DNA of 64,000 nucleotides from Nitrospirota bacterium (GTDB taxonomy: Bacteria > Nitrospirota > Thermodesulfovibrionia > Thermodesulfovibrionales > JdFR-88): the NCBI GenBank assembly GCA_021813765.1, contig JAKAJM010000001.1, forward strand, positions 3,230-67,229, given 5' to 3'. Position numbers and translations under genes: made by a program. Position 1 is the first letter of the stretch. Each line of letters starts with the position of its first letter. The notes under the pieces are model-generated. The model was not told where the DNA came from, did not search any database, and was given only the letters and a program-made list of their open reading frames with translations. Shown one piece after another: positions 29,947-38,872 of the stretch.

Positions 29947-30489
29947 TTAACCTCTCCCCAAAAGAGGAATCCTCCTGTCAGAAAGTATCTTCTGAAGGGC
30001 GCTTTCCCGCGCTTTTTTCCTCTGGCGGTACTCCTGCTCGCCCATGCGAGTGAGCACCACCCTGCATCCGAAATGCCTGGCAGTTTCCCTGATGGCCTTT
30101 TCGTCGATCTCGCCGTCCGCAACGACCATGAGGTTAACGGTCTTGACGTCCCGCCCCTCCGCGTAAGGGCCATAGATGAAGGCGTACGCGGCGCTGCCCC
30201 TGAGCAGGGCCTTGAGGCTGCCGGCAAGACCAAGGGATTTCGTTATCAGATTTTTAAGTTCAGAATAAAAGGGAGAGGTTGTGTCCGCCTGGAAGTATTT
30301 CAGATTGGCGACCTTTTCACTCCGGACGACCCCGATCTTCTCGAGGTTGTCCAACTCTCTTTTGACCGCCGAGGGGTTTTTATCGAGGAGCCTCGATATC
30401 TCCCTCATGTAAAACTTGTCCTCCGGGCTGTTTAACAGCAGCGAGAGGACCTCCGCCCTTATAGCCGATGAAAAAAGCTTTTTTAACAT
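29947..30489 (-). CDS. winged-helix DNA-binding protein fused to a degenerate nucleotidyltransferase domain
   Basis: LFSSAIR...FYMREISR...VKRELDNL; C-terminal AFIYGPYAEG...VNLMVV; TTGACA promoter upstream. Confidence 0.75.
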   Translation of the reverse strand: MLKKLFSSAIRAEVLSLLLNSPEDKFYMREISRLLDKNPSAVKRELDNLEKIGVVRSEKVANLKYFQADTTSPFYSELKNLITKSLGLAGSLKALLRGSAAYAFIYGPYAEGRDVKTVNLMVVADGEIDEKAIRETARHFGCRVVLTRMGEQEYRQRKKARESALQKILSDRRIPLLGRG

Positions 30490-30632
30490 CTGGTTTTATA
30501 TAAAGATATTTTTGCTCAAATGTCAACAAAAAAATCAATTTTTTGAACACAAGATGCCTAAAAGGAAACGATTCCTTTTAGGCAACGATCGTTTGACGTT
30601 GCAGTTCCATGTAGCCTGCTGCGGGGTTTCCT

Positions 30633-30808
30633 TAGAACCTATCTCAGAATCGCTTCCGGCTGCAAGAGGCTGAAATCAAGACATACGGCGTCATCAAGGG
30701 AAATCATCCTCGACGCTGCTGCACCTCCGGGCGCTTACCCCTCGCTTCCTTGTCTGCCACGATTTCCTCTCTCTTTCGCTTCAAAATCAATTTTGAGATA
30801 GGTTCTAG
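30633..30808. mobile_element. MITE-like element, family B
   Basis: TAGAACCTATCTCA...TGAGATAGGTTCTA inverted ends; second copy at 36814-36993. Confidence 0.8.
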
Positions 30809-31018
30809 TGTAGTGCGTCCAACGCTTCTTTACATTTGTTAGAGTATTTTGGCCGTCATTCCCGCATGCAGTAAGCGGGAATCCAGCGACGTTGTCTTAT
30901 GGCCGGCAAAAAAAATCAAAGTCACTGGATTCCCGATTAAGACCTAGGGAATGACGAAAAAACGGATTTATTCCTTGGAGCTTTCTAATGTAAAGAGATT
31001 TACGGCGCACTACACTAG
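30805..31018. mobile_element. MITE-like element, family C
   Basis: CTAGTGTAGTGCG...CGCACTACACTAG ends; close reverse-complement copies at 35161 and 36990. Confidence 0.85.
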
Positions 31019-31021
31019 TTG

Positions 31022-31080
31022 TGTCATTCCCGCAAGCGAAGCGCGCCGGGAATCCTTTCGGAACAGGAAAGATTCCGCCC
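31022..31080. repeat. REP-like palindrome
   Basis: TGTCATTCCCGCAAGCGAAGCGCGCCGGGAATCC. Confidence 0.7.
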
Positions 31081-31346
31081 TTTTTGTATGGGGCATTGAA
31101 ACGGGGTTTTCACCCCTTTGGGCGCCCCGTGCCTCTCTGAACATAAAAAGATAACGGCAAGGCAAAAAACATGGAAAAAATGCCGCAGGGACGGATGGTA
31201 TGAGCGCAGTGGGCAACCGCAGGCGCGCCGCATGAAGCAGCGGCAAGCGGGCAGACCCGGGCGGCATATACGGCAGCCTGGCAATAGAAGGGGAGACGGG
31301 CCCCAGCGGAGCGACTGCCGTCCGCCCACACAAAACCCTTCGTTTT

Positions 31347-32231
31347 TTACTGCTCGGGTTTTTCCACGCGGGAAGGCCTTTGTTCCAGGGCCAGCAGCTC
31401 CATGGCGGTCTTCATGTTCATGGGGTCGTCCCCCTCTTTTTTCTTGGGCGTCTCCATGATGGCCGGGACGTCCCTGAAGGGGGGCCCAAAGCCAAGGAAA
31501 TTCTCGAATCCCTCCAGGCCTATGGCGCCTTTCCCCAGGTGCTCGTGCCTGTCAAGGCCGGAGCCCAGCCGGCCTTTGGAGTCGTTCATATGGATAAGGC
31601 AGACCCTCACGCCCTGCGTCTGCCGGGCAAGAAGCTCCATCCCGGCACTTGCCGCTATGTCGTAGCCGGAGGCAAATCCGTGGCATGTATCGAAGCAGAT
31701 GCCGGCCGCGCCGGCCTCGTTTGCCGCGTGCGCAAGGGCCTTTATGGATGAGGGGGGCGCGCCCGGTGCCGGCGCCTCCGCGGTGTTTTCAAGCAGGAGG
31801 CCGGCCCGGAATTTTTTGTTCTTACCCCTGCCAAGAACGCTTTTGACAGACTCGGTAAAAAGTATCCGTCCCCCGCCTTCATCCTCACCGGCCATCTCCT
31901 GCCTGCCCGAATGAAGGACCACGTATTCGGCCCCTATGATATCGGCCCGCCTGAGCTCCTGCTCTAGCATCCATACGGATTTCTCCCTTAGCGCGGTCTG
32001 CGGGCTCGACAGGTTCAGCAGATAGCAGGCGTGAATGAAGACCGGGCCCAGACCGGACTTCTCTCTCTGCTTTATGAACTGACGGGCTTCCTCATCGGGG
32101 ATACCGGTCAAGTGCCAGCTCCTTGGGCTGTGGGAAAATATCTGGAAGGTGGTGCAGCCCAGCGCCATTGCGCGCTCAAGCGCCTTCGGAAACCCTCCCG
32201 CTATGGATACGTGCACACCCAACTTGCGCAT
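31347..32231 (-). CDS. nfo: endonuclease IV
   Basis: GVHVSIAGG, FQIF, HACYLLNL, LLENTA, CFDTCH, HMNDSK, DRHEH, METP. Confidence 0.93.
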   Translation of the reverse strand: MRKLGVHVSIAGGFPKALERAMALGCTTFQIFSHSPRSWHLTGIPDEEARQFIKQREKSGLGPVFIHACYLLNLSSPQTALREKSVWMLEQELRRADIIGAEYVVLHSGRQEMAGEDEGGGRILFTESVKSVLGRGKNKKFRAGLLLENTAEAPAPGAPPSSIKALAHAANEAGAAGICFDTCHGFASGYDIAASAGMELLARQTQGVRVCLIHMNDSKGRLGSGLDRHEHLGKGAIGLEGFENFLGFGPPFRDVPAIMETPKKKEGDDPMNMKTAMELLALEQRPSRVEKPEQ

Positions 32232-32345
32232 ATATCAATTATAAGAAATGCCTGCCCTGACCGGGAACTATTTTCGAACACAACCCTGAGTCCGCCAATT
32301 CCTCTATTTGCTTTGAAAATGGCCTTATTGCTAAAATTCCGTATC

Positions 32346-33725
32346 GTGATCACCGCGCTGCTTATATTGATAACCGCCCTTTTGCTCCTGAATATCTGGA
32401 TCTCGCTCAGGGGCGGAAGGGATGACGGCGGCCTGGCCGGGGAGCTTAAAAACCAGGTCTCCTACATGGAAAAGGGCATAAGGGACGACCTTGGCCGCGT
32501 GAGGGAGGAGCTCCAGCGGAGCGCGAAGGAGGCCAGGGAGGAGCATGGCAGCGGGCTTAGGGGTTTTGCCGATTCCGTCTCCGCGCGCATGGCCGAGATA
32601 GCCCAGCTTCAGAAAAACCAGCTAGACGCCTTCTCCGGGCAGCTTGTCAACCTTACCAGGTCAAACGTGGAGCAGCTTGAGAAGATGACCGGCAGGCACA
32701 CGGAGCTTATCCAGACGGTGGAGAAGAAGCTCGAAGGGGTGCGGGAGGCGGTCGAGGCCAGGCTCAGGTCCATCCAGGAAGACACAAGCGCGAAGCTGGA
32801 GAAGATGCGCGAGACGGTGGACGAGAAGCTCCATAAGACGCTTGAGCAGAGGCTCGGGGAGTCCTTCAGGCTGGTAAGCGAGCGCCTGGAGCAGGTGCAT
32901 AAGGGGCTTGGGGACATGCAGAACCTTGCGGTGGGCGTGGGCGACCTCAAAAAGATGCTCTCAAACGTAAAGACCCGGGGCATTCACGGCGAGATACAGC
33001 TTGGCAATATCCTGGAGCAGATACTCTCTCCGGAGCAGTATGAAAGGAACGTGGCGGTCAGGAAGGGCGCGCGGGAGAACGTGGAGTTTGCCATAAAACT
33101 TCCCGGCAGGGACCGGGAAGGCAGCACGGTGTACCTGCCCATTGACTCCAAATTCCCACTGGAGGTCTACTATTCCCTTGCCGAGGCCTATGAGAAGGGC
33201 AATCCCGCCCTGGTCGAGGAGGCATCAAAGCTGCTGGAGCAGGCGATAAAGAAATCCGCAAAGGACATAAGGGACAAGTACCTGGACCCTCCGGGCACAA
33301 CGGATTTTGGCATCATGTTCCTTCCCATAGAGGGGCTTTACGCGGAAGTGGTAAGGAGGCCCGGTCTCTTCGAGGTCCTGCAGCGCGACTACCGCATCAC
33401 CGTAACAGGGCCCACCACGCTTGCCGCCTTCTTGAACAGCCTGCAAATGGGCTTCAGCACCCTTGCCATAGAGAAGCGCTCAAGCGAGGTCTGGAAGATA
33501 CTGGGCGCGGTGAAGACCGAATTCGACCGGTTCGGCGAGGTCCTTAAGCGCGCACAGGACAAGCTAAGCCAGACAAGCAAGGAGCTTGACACCCTTGTGG
33601 GGGTAAGGTCCAGGCAGATACAGGTGAAGCTCAGGAAGATACAGCAGCTGCCGGATGAAAAAGAAGAAGAAAACGGGAAAACGAAAAACCTTCTTATCCA
33701 GTCCGACGGACTGGATGAGAACTGA
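32346..33725 (+). CDS. rmuC: DNA recombination protein RmuC
   Basis: N-terminal TM, coiled coil, KTRGIHGE, IDSKFP, MFLPIEGLYAE, GPTTL; start probably GTG 32346 or ATG 32319. Confidence 0.92.
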   Translation: MITALLILITALLLLNIWISLRGGRDDGGLAGELKNQVSYMEKGIRDDLGRVREELQRSAKEAREEHGSGLRGFADSVSARMAEIAQLQKNQLDAFSGQLVNLTRSNVEQLEKMTGRHTELIQTVEKKLEGVREAVEARLRSIQEDTSAKLEKMRETVDEKLHKTLEQRLGESFRLVSERLEQVHKGLGDMQNLAVGVGDLKKMLSNVKTRGIHGEIQLGNILEQILSPEQYERNVAVRKGARENVEFAIKLPGRDREGSTVYLPIDSKFPLEVYYSLAEAYEKGNPALVEEASKLLEQAIKKSAKDIRDKYLDPPGTTDFGIMFLPIEGLYAEVVRRPGLFEVLQRDYRITVTGPTTLAAFLNSLQMGFSTLAIEKRSSEVWKILGAVKTEFDRFGEVLKRAQDKLSQTSKELDTLVGVRSRQIQVKLRKIQQLPDEKEEENGKTKNLLIQSDGLDEN

Positions 33726-33756
33726 AACGCAAGAAGAAAAATAAAAAGGGAATAAA

Positions 33757-34038
33757 ATAAAGATACCTGCCCAAAAGACCTCCGCCGGGATCGTATTCAA
33801 GGTCAAGGTGGAGCCACGCAGCTCAAAAAGACAGATGGCCGGCATGCATGGCGACGCCCTGAAGGTAAAGCTTACCGCACCGCCGGTGGAGGGCAAGGCC
33901 AACGAGGAGCTGATAGAGCTTCTCTCGGAGGCGGCAGGCGTAAGGAAATCCGCTGTGAAGATACTTAAAGGGAGCTCCTCCAAACAGAAGCTCGTGCTCA
34001 TCGAGGGGCTCGAGGAGCTTTTTGAAATACCCGTATGA
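33757..34038 (+). CDS. DUF167 (YggU/UPF0235) protein
   Basis: VKVEPRSS, LKVKLTAPPVEGKANEEL; frame extends upstream to ATA 33757. Confidence 0.85.
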   Translation: MKIPAQKTSAGIVFKVKVEPRSSKRQMAGMHGDALKVKLTAPPVEGKANEELIELLSEAAGVRKSAVKILKGSSSKQKLVLIEGLEELFEIPV

Positions 34039-35024
34039 GGTTTACTGTAAAGGCCGCAGACGATAACAAAACGCTGCTTGCGCTCCTGGAAGAGAAAACC
34101 GGGGCCTCGGCAACCAAAGTCCGGTCGCTCATAAAAAAGGGCGCCGTTTTGGTGGATGGCAGGGCCGCACCGAGGCCGGATTCAACGGTGAGCGCCGGAC
34201 AGTCTGTCGAGATAAAAGGGAAAAAAGACAGGGAACCCCGGAGCAAAAGAGGCAGGGAAGACAGGAAAGCGGAAAGGCGGCATCTTTTAGAAATCCTTTA
34301 TGAGGACGATCATATCATAGCCGCTCAAAAGCCTGCCGGCATGCTCTCCATAAGCACAAAGACTGAAAACATGAATACCTTTTACAGGGCCGTTTCAGAC
34401 CATGTGAAGGAGAATTCCGGGGGGCGCGGAAAGATATTCGTCGTACACAGGCTGGACCGGGAGGTCTCCGGCGTTATGCTTTTTGCAAAAAGCCAGGAGG
34501 TAAAAAAAGCCCTCCAAGACTCCTGGGAAAAGGCGGAGAAGGTCTATACCGCAGTCGTCCATGGCCGTCCGCCCAGGGACAAGGGGACGATAACCGGATG
34601 GCTCTGCGAGGTCGGCGAAAACCTCGTGCGCTCCTGCCCAGCGCCCCCTGCGGCTCAAAAAAAACAAGAAACCGCGTCCATGGACAAGAAACGGCCCGTG
34701 GCCAAAATGGCAGTTACCCACTACAGGGTGGTTTCCGAAAGCAGGGATCAAAACCTTTGTCTTCTTGAGGTGAGGCTTGAGACGGGAAGGAAACACCAGA
34801 TACGCGTTCATCTGCGGGACATGGGGTGCCCCGTAGCGGGGGACAAAAAATACGGAGTTTTGCCCCAAAAGGCGGCCCTGGGCCTCAGGCAACTGGGACA
34901 GATGGGGCTTCACGCGTCGCGCCTTTCCTTCACCCACCCGGTCACAGGCCGCAGGGTGATCATCGAGTCCCCGGCGCCTGCAAGCTTTTTGCTTCCATTC
35001 AAGGGCTCAAAAAAGGGCATTTAA
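34035..35024 (+). CDS. RluA/RluD family pseudouridine synthase
   Basis: S4-like N-terminus, KPAG, VHRLDREVSG, LETGRKHQIRVH, GDKKYG, LHA. Confidence 0.92.
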   Translation: MRFTVKAADDNKTLLALLEEKTGASATKVRSLIKKGAVLVDGRAAPRPDSTVSAGQSVEIKGKKDREPRSKRGREDRKAERRHLLEILYEDDHIIAAQKPAGMLSISTKTENMNTFYRAVSDHVKENSGGRGKIFVVHRLDREVSGVMLFAKSQEVKKALQDSWEKAEKVYTAVVHGRPPRDKGTITGWLCEVGENLVRSCPAPPAAQKKQETASMDKKRPVAKMAVTHYRVVSESRDQNLCLLEVRLETGRKHQIRVHLRDMGCPVAGDKKYGVLPQKAALGLRQLGQMGLHASRLSFTHPVTGRRVIIESPAPASFLLPFKGSKKGI

Positions 35025-35163
35025 TGTCCTGTCTCGTAAATAGCTTTACTTCATTTGTCATTCCCGCAACGTCGGGAATCCTTCTTTAAAAAGGGAAAGA
35101 TTCCGGACAAGCCGGAATGACAGCCCAAACAAATGTAAAGAACTGTCAGGGACACCACGATAG
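35025..35163. mobile_element. degenerate chimeric MITE-like element starting directly after the pseudouridine synthase stop codon
   Basis: A-like left arm, REP doublet, C-like right arm CAAATGTAAAGAA. Confidence 0.6.
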
Positions 35164-35356
35164 TGTATTGCGTCGTAAATCTCTTTACATTAAATCCGTT
35201 TTTTCGTCATTCCCGGGGTCTTAATCGGGAATCCAGTGACTTTGATTTTTTTTGCCGGCCATAAGACAACGTCGCTGGATTCCCGCTTGCTGCATGCGGG
35301 AATGACGGCCAAAATACTCGAACAAATGTAAAGAAGCGTTGGACTCACCACACTAG
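35161..35356. mobile_element. MITE-like element, family C
   Basis: reverse complement of 30805-31018 with a short deletion; terminal CTAG contains the stop codon of the oxidoreductase gene. Confidence 0.85.
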
Positions 35357-36747
35357 GAAAGTCTGCCCAGGGCCTCCGCGACCAGTTCAGAAAGCTCCGG
35401 GAATATGTGCATGCCGCCTGTGATGTAGTCCGCGGTCCCGCCATTTGCGATGGTGTTTGCAGCTTCCTGTATAAGTATGGGGGCCAGGGGGCCAAGGATA
35501 TGGAAGCCAAGCAGCCGCCTGGTCTTCTTCTGCGCTATGGCCTTTGCAAAGCCCGCGGACTCCCGCATGGCGATCCCCTTTGCCACATCCGAATAGGAAG
35601 CCCGGCCCACCAGAACGCCATCTCCGTAACGCACCCTGGCCTCCTTTTCGGTAAGCCCCACCGAGGCCACCTGCGGGTGGGAGAAAATGGCGTGGGGGAC
35701 CGAATCGAAATCCATCATCAGCTTCTTATCATGCGTTGCGTTATGCCAGGCAATTTCGGACTCCCTGTCGCCCGCATGGGTGAACATCTGCCTGCCTATG
35801 GCGTCCCCAAAGGCCCAGGTGTTTTCGATGTTCGTAAGGAGGCCGTCATCAACCTTTATGAAATTCCTTTCATCAGTAAGGATGCCCGCCTCCCGGGCCC
35901 CTATGAGGTCCGCATTGGACACCCTGCCCACCGCCACCATCAGGCTCTCCGCCGCGAATTTCAGTTTTTTCCCGTTTTTATCCAGGCAGGAGGCAAACAC
36001 CATGGCCCCTTCGCGCCAGGCCCCGGTCACCGTTACTTCCTTGTTGATAGCGGCATATTTTGACATCTCCGCCTCAAAGGCGCCGATGATCTCCGGCTCC
36101 TCCCGGGCTATGAGGCTGTCCCCGGCCTCCAAAATGGTGACCTTTGTGCCCATGGCAGAGAAAAAATGCGCATATTCCACTGCTATATATCCGCCCCCGA
36201 TCATGATTATGCTTTCGGGTGGCTTTTGAAGCTCCAGGACAGACTCGTTCGTTAGGTATCCGGTATCTTCCAGACCCTCTATCCGGGGTATCAGAGGTCT
36301 GGAGCCCGAAGCGATAAAGGTCTTTTTCCCCCTTATCAGCTGTCCTTCGAACCTCCCTGTCAGCTCAAGCGTGCGCGGCCCTGTAAAATGCGCGGGCACA
36401 TCATAGTAGTCCAGGTTTTTTTTGCTGGCTTTCTCTATCTCCCGCCTTAAAAAATCCCTTCCATGATTTCTGGCCTTGTTCATCCTGGCCATAATGGAGG
36501 CAAAGTCCACATCCAGGACCTGAGCCTTCACCCCTATGCGGCCGGCCTCCTCGATCTCCCTTATCCTGTCAGCCGGGTAGATGAGCGTTTTTGAAGGCAC
36601 GCAACCGTAATTAAGGCAGGTGCCGCCCAGATGGTCCTTGCTTACCAGCGCCACCTTGAGGCCGGACCCAACCGCCTTGAACACGACGTTCATCCCCACG
36701 CCTGCGCCAATTACAAGGACATCATATTCCTTAACATTCCTTGCCAT
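35353..36747 (-). CDS. class-I pyridine nucleotide-disulfide oxidoreductase (dihydrolipoyl dehydrogenase/mycothione reductase-like)
   Basis: GGTCLNYGCVPSK, IGGGYIAVE, AVGR, AFGD, dimerisation domain. Confidence 0.88.
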   Translation of the reverse strand: MARNVKEYDVLVIGAGVGMNVVFKAVGSGLKVALVSKDHLGGTCLNYGCVPSKTLIYPADRIREIEEAGRIGVKAQVLDVDFASIMARMNKARNHGRDFLRREIEKASKKNLDYYDVPAHFTGPRTLELTGRFEGQLIRGKKTFIASGSRPLIPRIEGLEDTGYLTNESVLELQKPPESIIMIGGGYIAVEYAHFFSAMGTKVTILEAGDSLIAREEPEIIGAFEAEMSKYAAINKEVTVTGAWREGAMVFASCLDKNGKKLKFAAESLMVAVGRVSNADLIGAREAGILTDERNFIKVDDGLLTNIENTWAFGDAIGRQMFTHAGDRESEIAWHNATHDKKLMMDFDSVPHAIFSHPQVASVGLTEKEARVRYGDGVLVGRASYSDVAKGIAMRESAGFAKAIAQKKTRRLLGFHILGPLAPILIQEAANTIANGGTADYITGGMHIFPELSELVAEALGRLS

Positions 36748-36813
36748 GTCTCACCCCCTCCGGAGACGCCCTGTTTTTAAAAATCTTATCACCAAAAAAC
36801 GGGCAGGAGAATT

Positions 36814-36993
36814 TAAAACCTTTCTCAAAATCGCTTCCGGCTACAAGAGGTTGGAATCAAGGCATACGGCGTCATCAAGGGAAAACCGTCCTCAACGCAG
36901 CTCTGCTGCGCCTCCGGGCGCTTACCCCTTTCTTCCTTGTCTGCCACGATTTCCGCTCTTTCGCTTCAAAATCAATTTTGAGACAGGTTCTAG
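36814..36993. mobile_element. MITE-like element, family B
   Basis: homologous along its length to 30633-30808; ends TTTTGAGACAGGTTCTAG. Confidence 0.8.
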
Positions 36994-37197
36994 TGTATTG
37001 CTTGTAAATCTCTTTACATTAGAAAGCTCCAAGGAATAAATCCGTTTTTTCGTCATTCCCTAGGTCTTAATCGGGAATCCAGTGACTTTGATTTTTTTGT
37101 CGGCCATAAGACAACGTCGCTGGATTCCCGCTTACTGCATGCGGGAATGACGGCCAAAATACTCTAACAAATGTAAAGAAGCGTTGGACGCACTACA
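36990..37197. mobile_element. MITE-like element, family C
   Basis: close reverse complement of 30805-31018. Confidence 0.85.
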
Positions 37198-37390
37198 GTG
37201 TCTCATAAACGACCGGTGTTATTAATTTGGCCGAAAGCATAGCTCCCGGTTGTCATTCCCGCAAGCGCAGCGCGCCGGGAATCCTTCTTAAAGACAAGAA
37301 AGATTCCGGACAAGCCGGAATGACAAAATTAAGATAAAATAAGCGATCTTAGCCATATTATTTATAACACCAGCTATTTGAGAGACATTA
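37197..37390. mobile_element. MITE-like element, family D
   Basis: AGTGTCTCATAAA...TTTGAGAGACATT ends, inner GGTGTTAT/ATAACACC repeat, REP doublet core. Confidence 0.7.
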
Positions 37391-37525
37391 CACTTGTGGT
37401 TTTTTGTGTGTCATAACTGCCGCATGTTATTATGAATGACGTTTCTTTTTTGTGCCGCTGACTGAGCCAGAAATAAAATCCCGTTTGTAAAATATGCCGG
37501 CACAGGAGGTTTTTTCATTTTCAAG

Positions 37526-38794
37526 ATGAATTCAGAGGCGAAAGTTGCATTCGGACACGAATCCGGGCGGGGAAAAACGGCTTTCAGAGTGCTTGGGGCG
37601 ATAAGCTTCTCTCATTTCCTGAACGACACCATGCAGTCCCTGATCCTTGCCATCTATCCCCTGCTTAAGGGCAAGTTCGAGCTCAACTTTGCGCAGGTCG
37701 GGCTGATAACCCTGAGTTACCAGCTCACCGCGTCGCTGCTTCAGCCTCTGGTGGGGCTCTATACGGACCATCATCCAAAACCCTATTCGCTTGCCTTCGG
37801 CATGGGGTGCACGCTGACCGGTCTTATTGCGCTTGGGATGGCGCCCAGCTACGGGTGGGTCCTTTTTGCGGCCGCCCTGGTGGGCACCGGCTCTTCGGTC
37901 TTTCATCCGGAGTCCTCGCGAGTGGCCAGGATGGCCTCCGGAGGGCGGCACGGGCTGGCACAGTCTTTTTTTCAGGTCGGCGGCAACCTGGGGACCGCGA
38001 TGGGCCCGCTGGCGGCGGCATGGTTTGTCATCCCGCACGGTCAGGGCAGCGTGGCCTGGTTCTCGCTGGCCGCTTTTCTGGCGATACTGGTGCTTTTGCA
38101 GGTTGGCGGCTGGTACAGTCGCCACCAAAAAAGGGTTTTTGCTCCTTCTGCCGCCCACGGGTCTTCTTCCCGCGGGCTTCACCCGGAGCTTCCGGCGCGC
38201 AAGGTGGTCCTGTCCATAGTCATCCTCCTGGTGCTGGTCTTTTCAAAATACTTCTACCTGGCCAGCATCAGCAGTTATTTCATTTTTTACCTGATGCACA
38301 AGTTCCACCTTTCCGTGCAGTCCGCGCAGGTGCATCTCTTTTTGTTTCTGTTTGCGGTCGCATCCGGCACCTTTTTTGGCGGCCCGATAGGCGACCGCAT
38401 AGGAAGGAAGCGGGTCATCTGGATATCCATCCTTGGCGCCGCCCCGTTTGCCCTGGCCCTGCCGTATGCAAACCTGACGTGGACCGGCATACTGGCCTTT
38501 ATCACGGGTTTCATACTGGCCTCCGCCTTTTCGGCCATTATCGTTTACGCCCAGGAGCTCATCCCGGGCAAGGTTGGGACCATCTCCGGGTTCTTTTTTG
38601 GGTTCGCCTTCGGGATGGGCGGCATAGGGGCCGCTGTGCTTGGCAAGCTGGCCGACAGGCACGGCATAATATTCGTCTATCACCTGTGCTCGTACCTGCC
38701 GCTTCTTGGCATGCTCACGGCCTTCCTGCCGGACCTGAGGCACGGAGCGCTGCGCAGGGACTTTTTTCCAGGCCCGCGCCTGAAGGCAAGATAA
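37526..38794 (+). CDS. fsr: MFS transporter, fosmidomycin-resistance (Fsr) family
   Basis: SHFLND, SLLQP, GSSVFHPE, QSFFQVGGNLG, GGPIGDRIGRK, AQELIPG. Confidence 0.9.
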   Translation: MNSEAKVAFGHESGRGKTAFRVLGAISFSHFLNDTMQSLILAIYPLLKGKFELNFAQVGLITLSYQLTASLLQPLVGLYTDHHPKPYSLAFGMGCTLTGLIALGMAPSYGWVLFAAALVGTGSSVFHPESSRVARMASGGRHGLAQSFFQVGGNLGTAMGPLAAAWFVIPHGQGSVAWFSLAAFLAILVLLQVGGWYSRHQKRVFAPSAAHGSSSRGLHPELPARKVVLSIVILLVLVFSKYFYLASISSYFIFYLMHKFHLSVQSAQVHLFLFLFAVASGTFFGGPIGDRIGRKRVIWISILGAAPFALALPYANLTWTGILAFITGFILASAFSAIIVYAQELIPGKVGTISGFFFGFAFGMGGIGAAVLGKLADRHGIIFVYHLCSYLPLLGMLTAFLPDLRHGALRRDFFPGPRLKAR

Positions 38795-38872
38795 CTTTTT
38801 TGCTTTTTTGTTTTTTTGTTTTTTGCGGCGCCCTGATTTGACAACGGCTTCCGCCGGAACGGATAATTGAAT

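Noticed and set aside
29889-30233. N-terminal 115 aa of the 189-aa ORF 29664-30233
   Set aside because: It overlaps the wHTH gene in another frame, and the strong SD points to ATG 29888 as the real start.
31118-31459. ORFs or a structured RNA between the repeat cluster and nfo
   Set aside because: The translations are derived from repeat or low-complexity sequence, and there is no RNase P, SRP, 6S or tmRNA signature.
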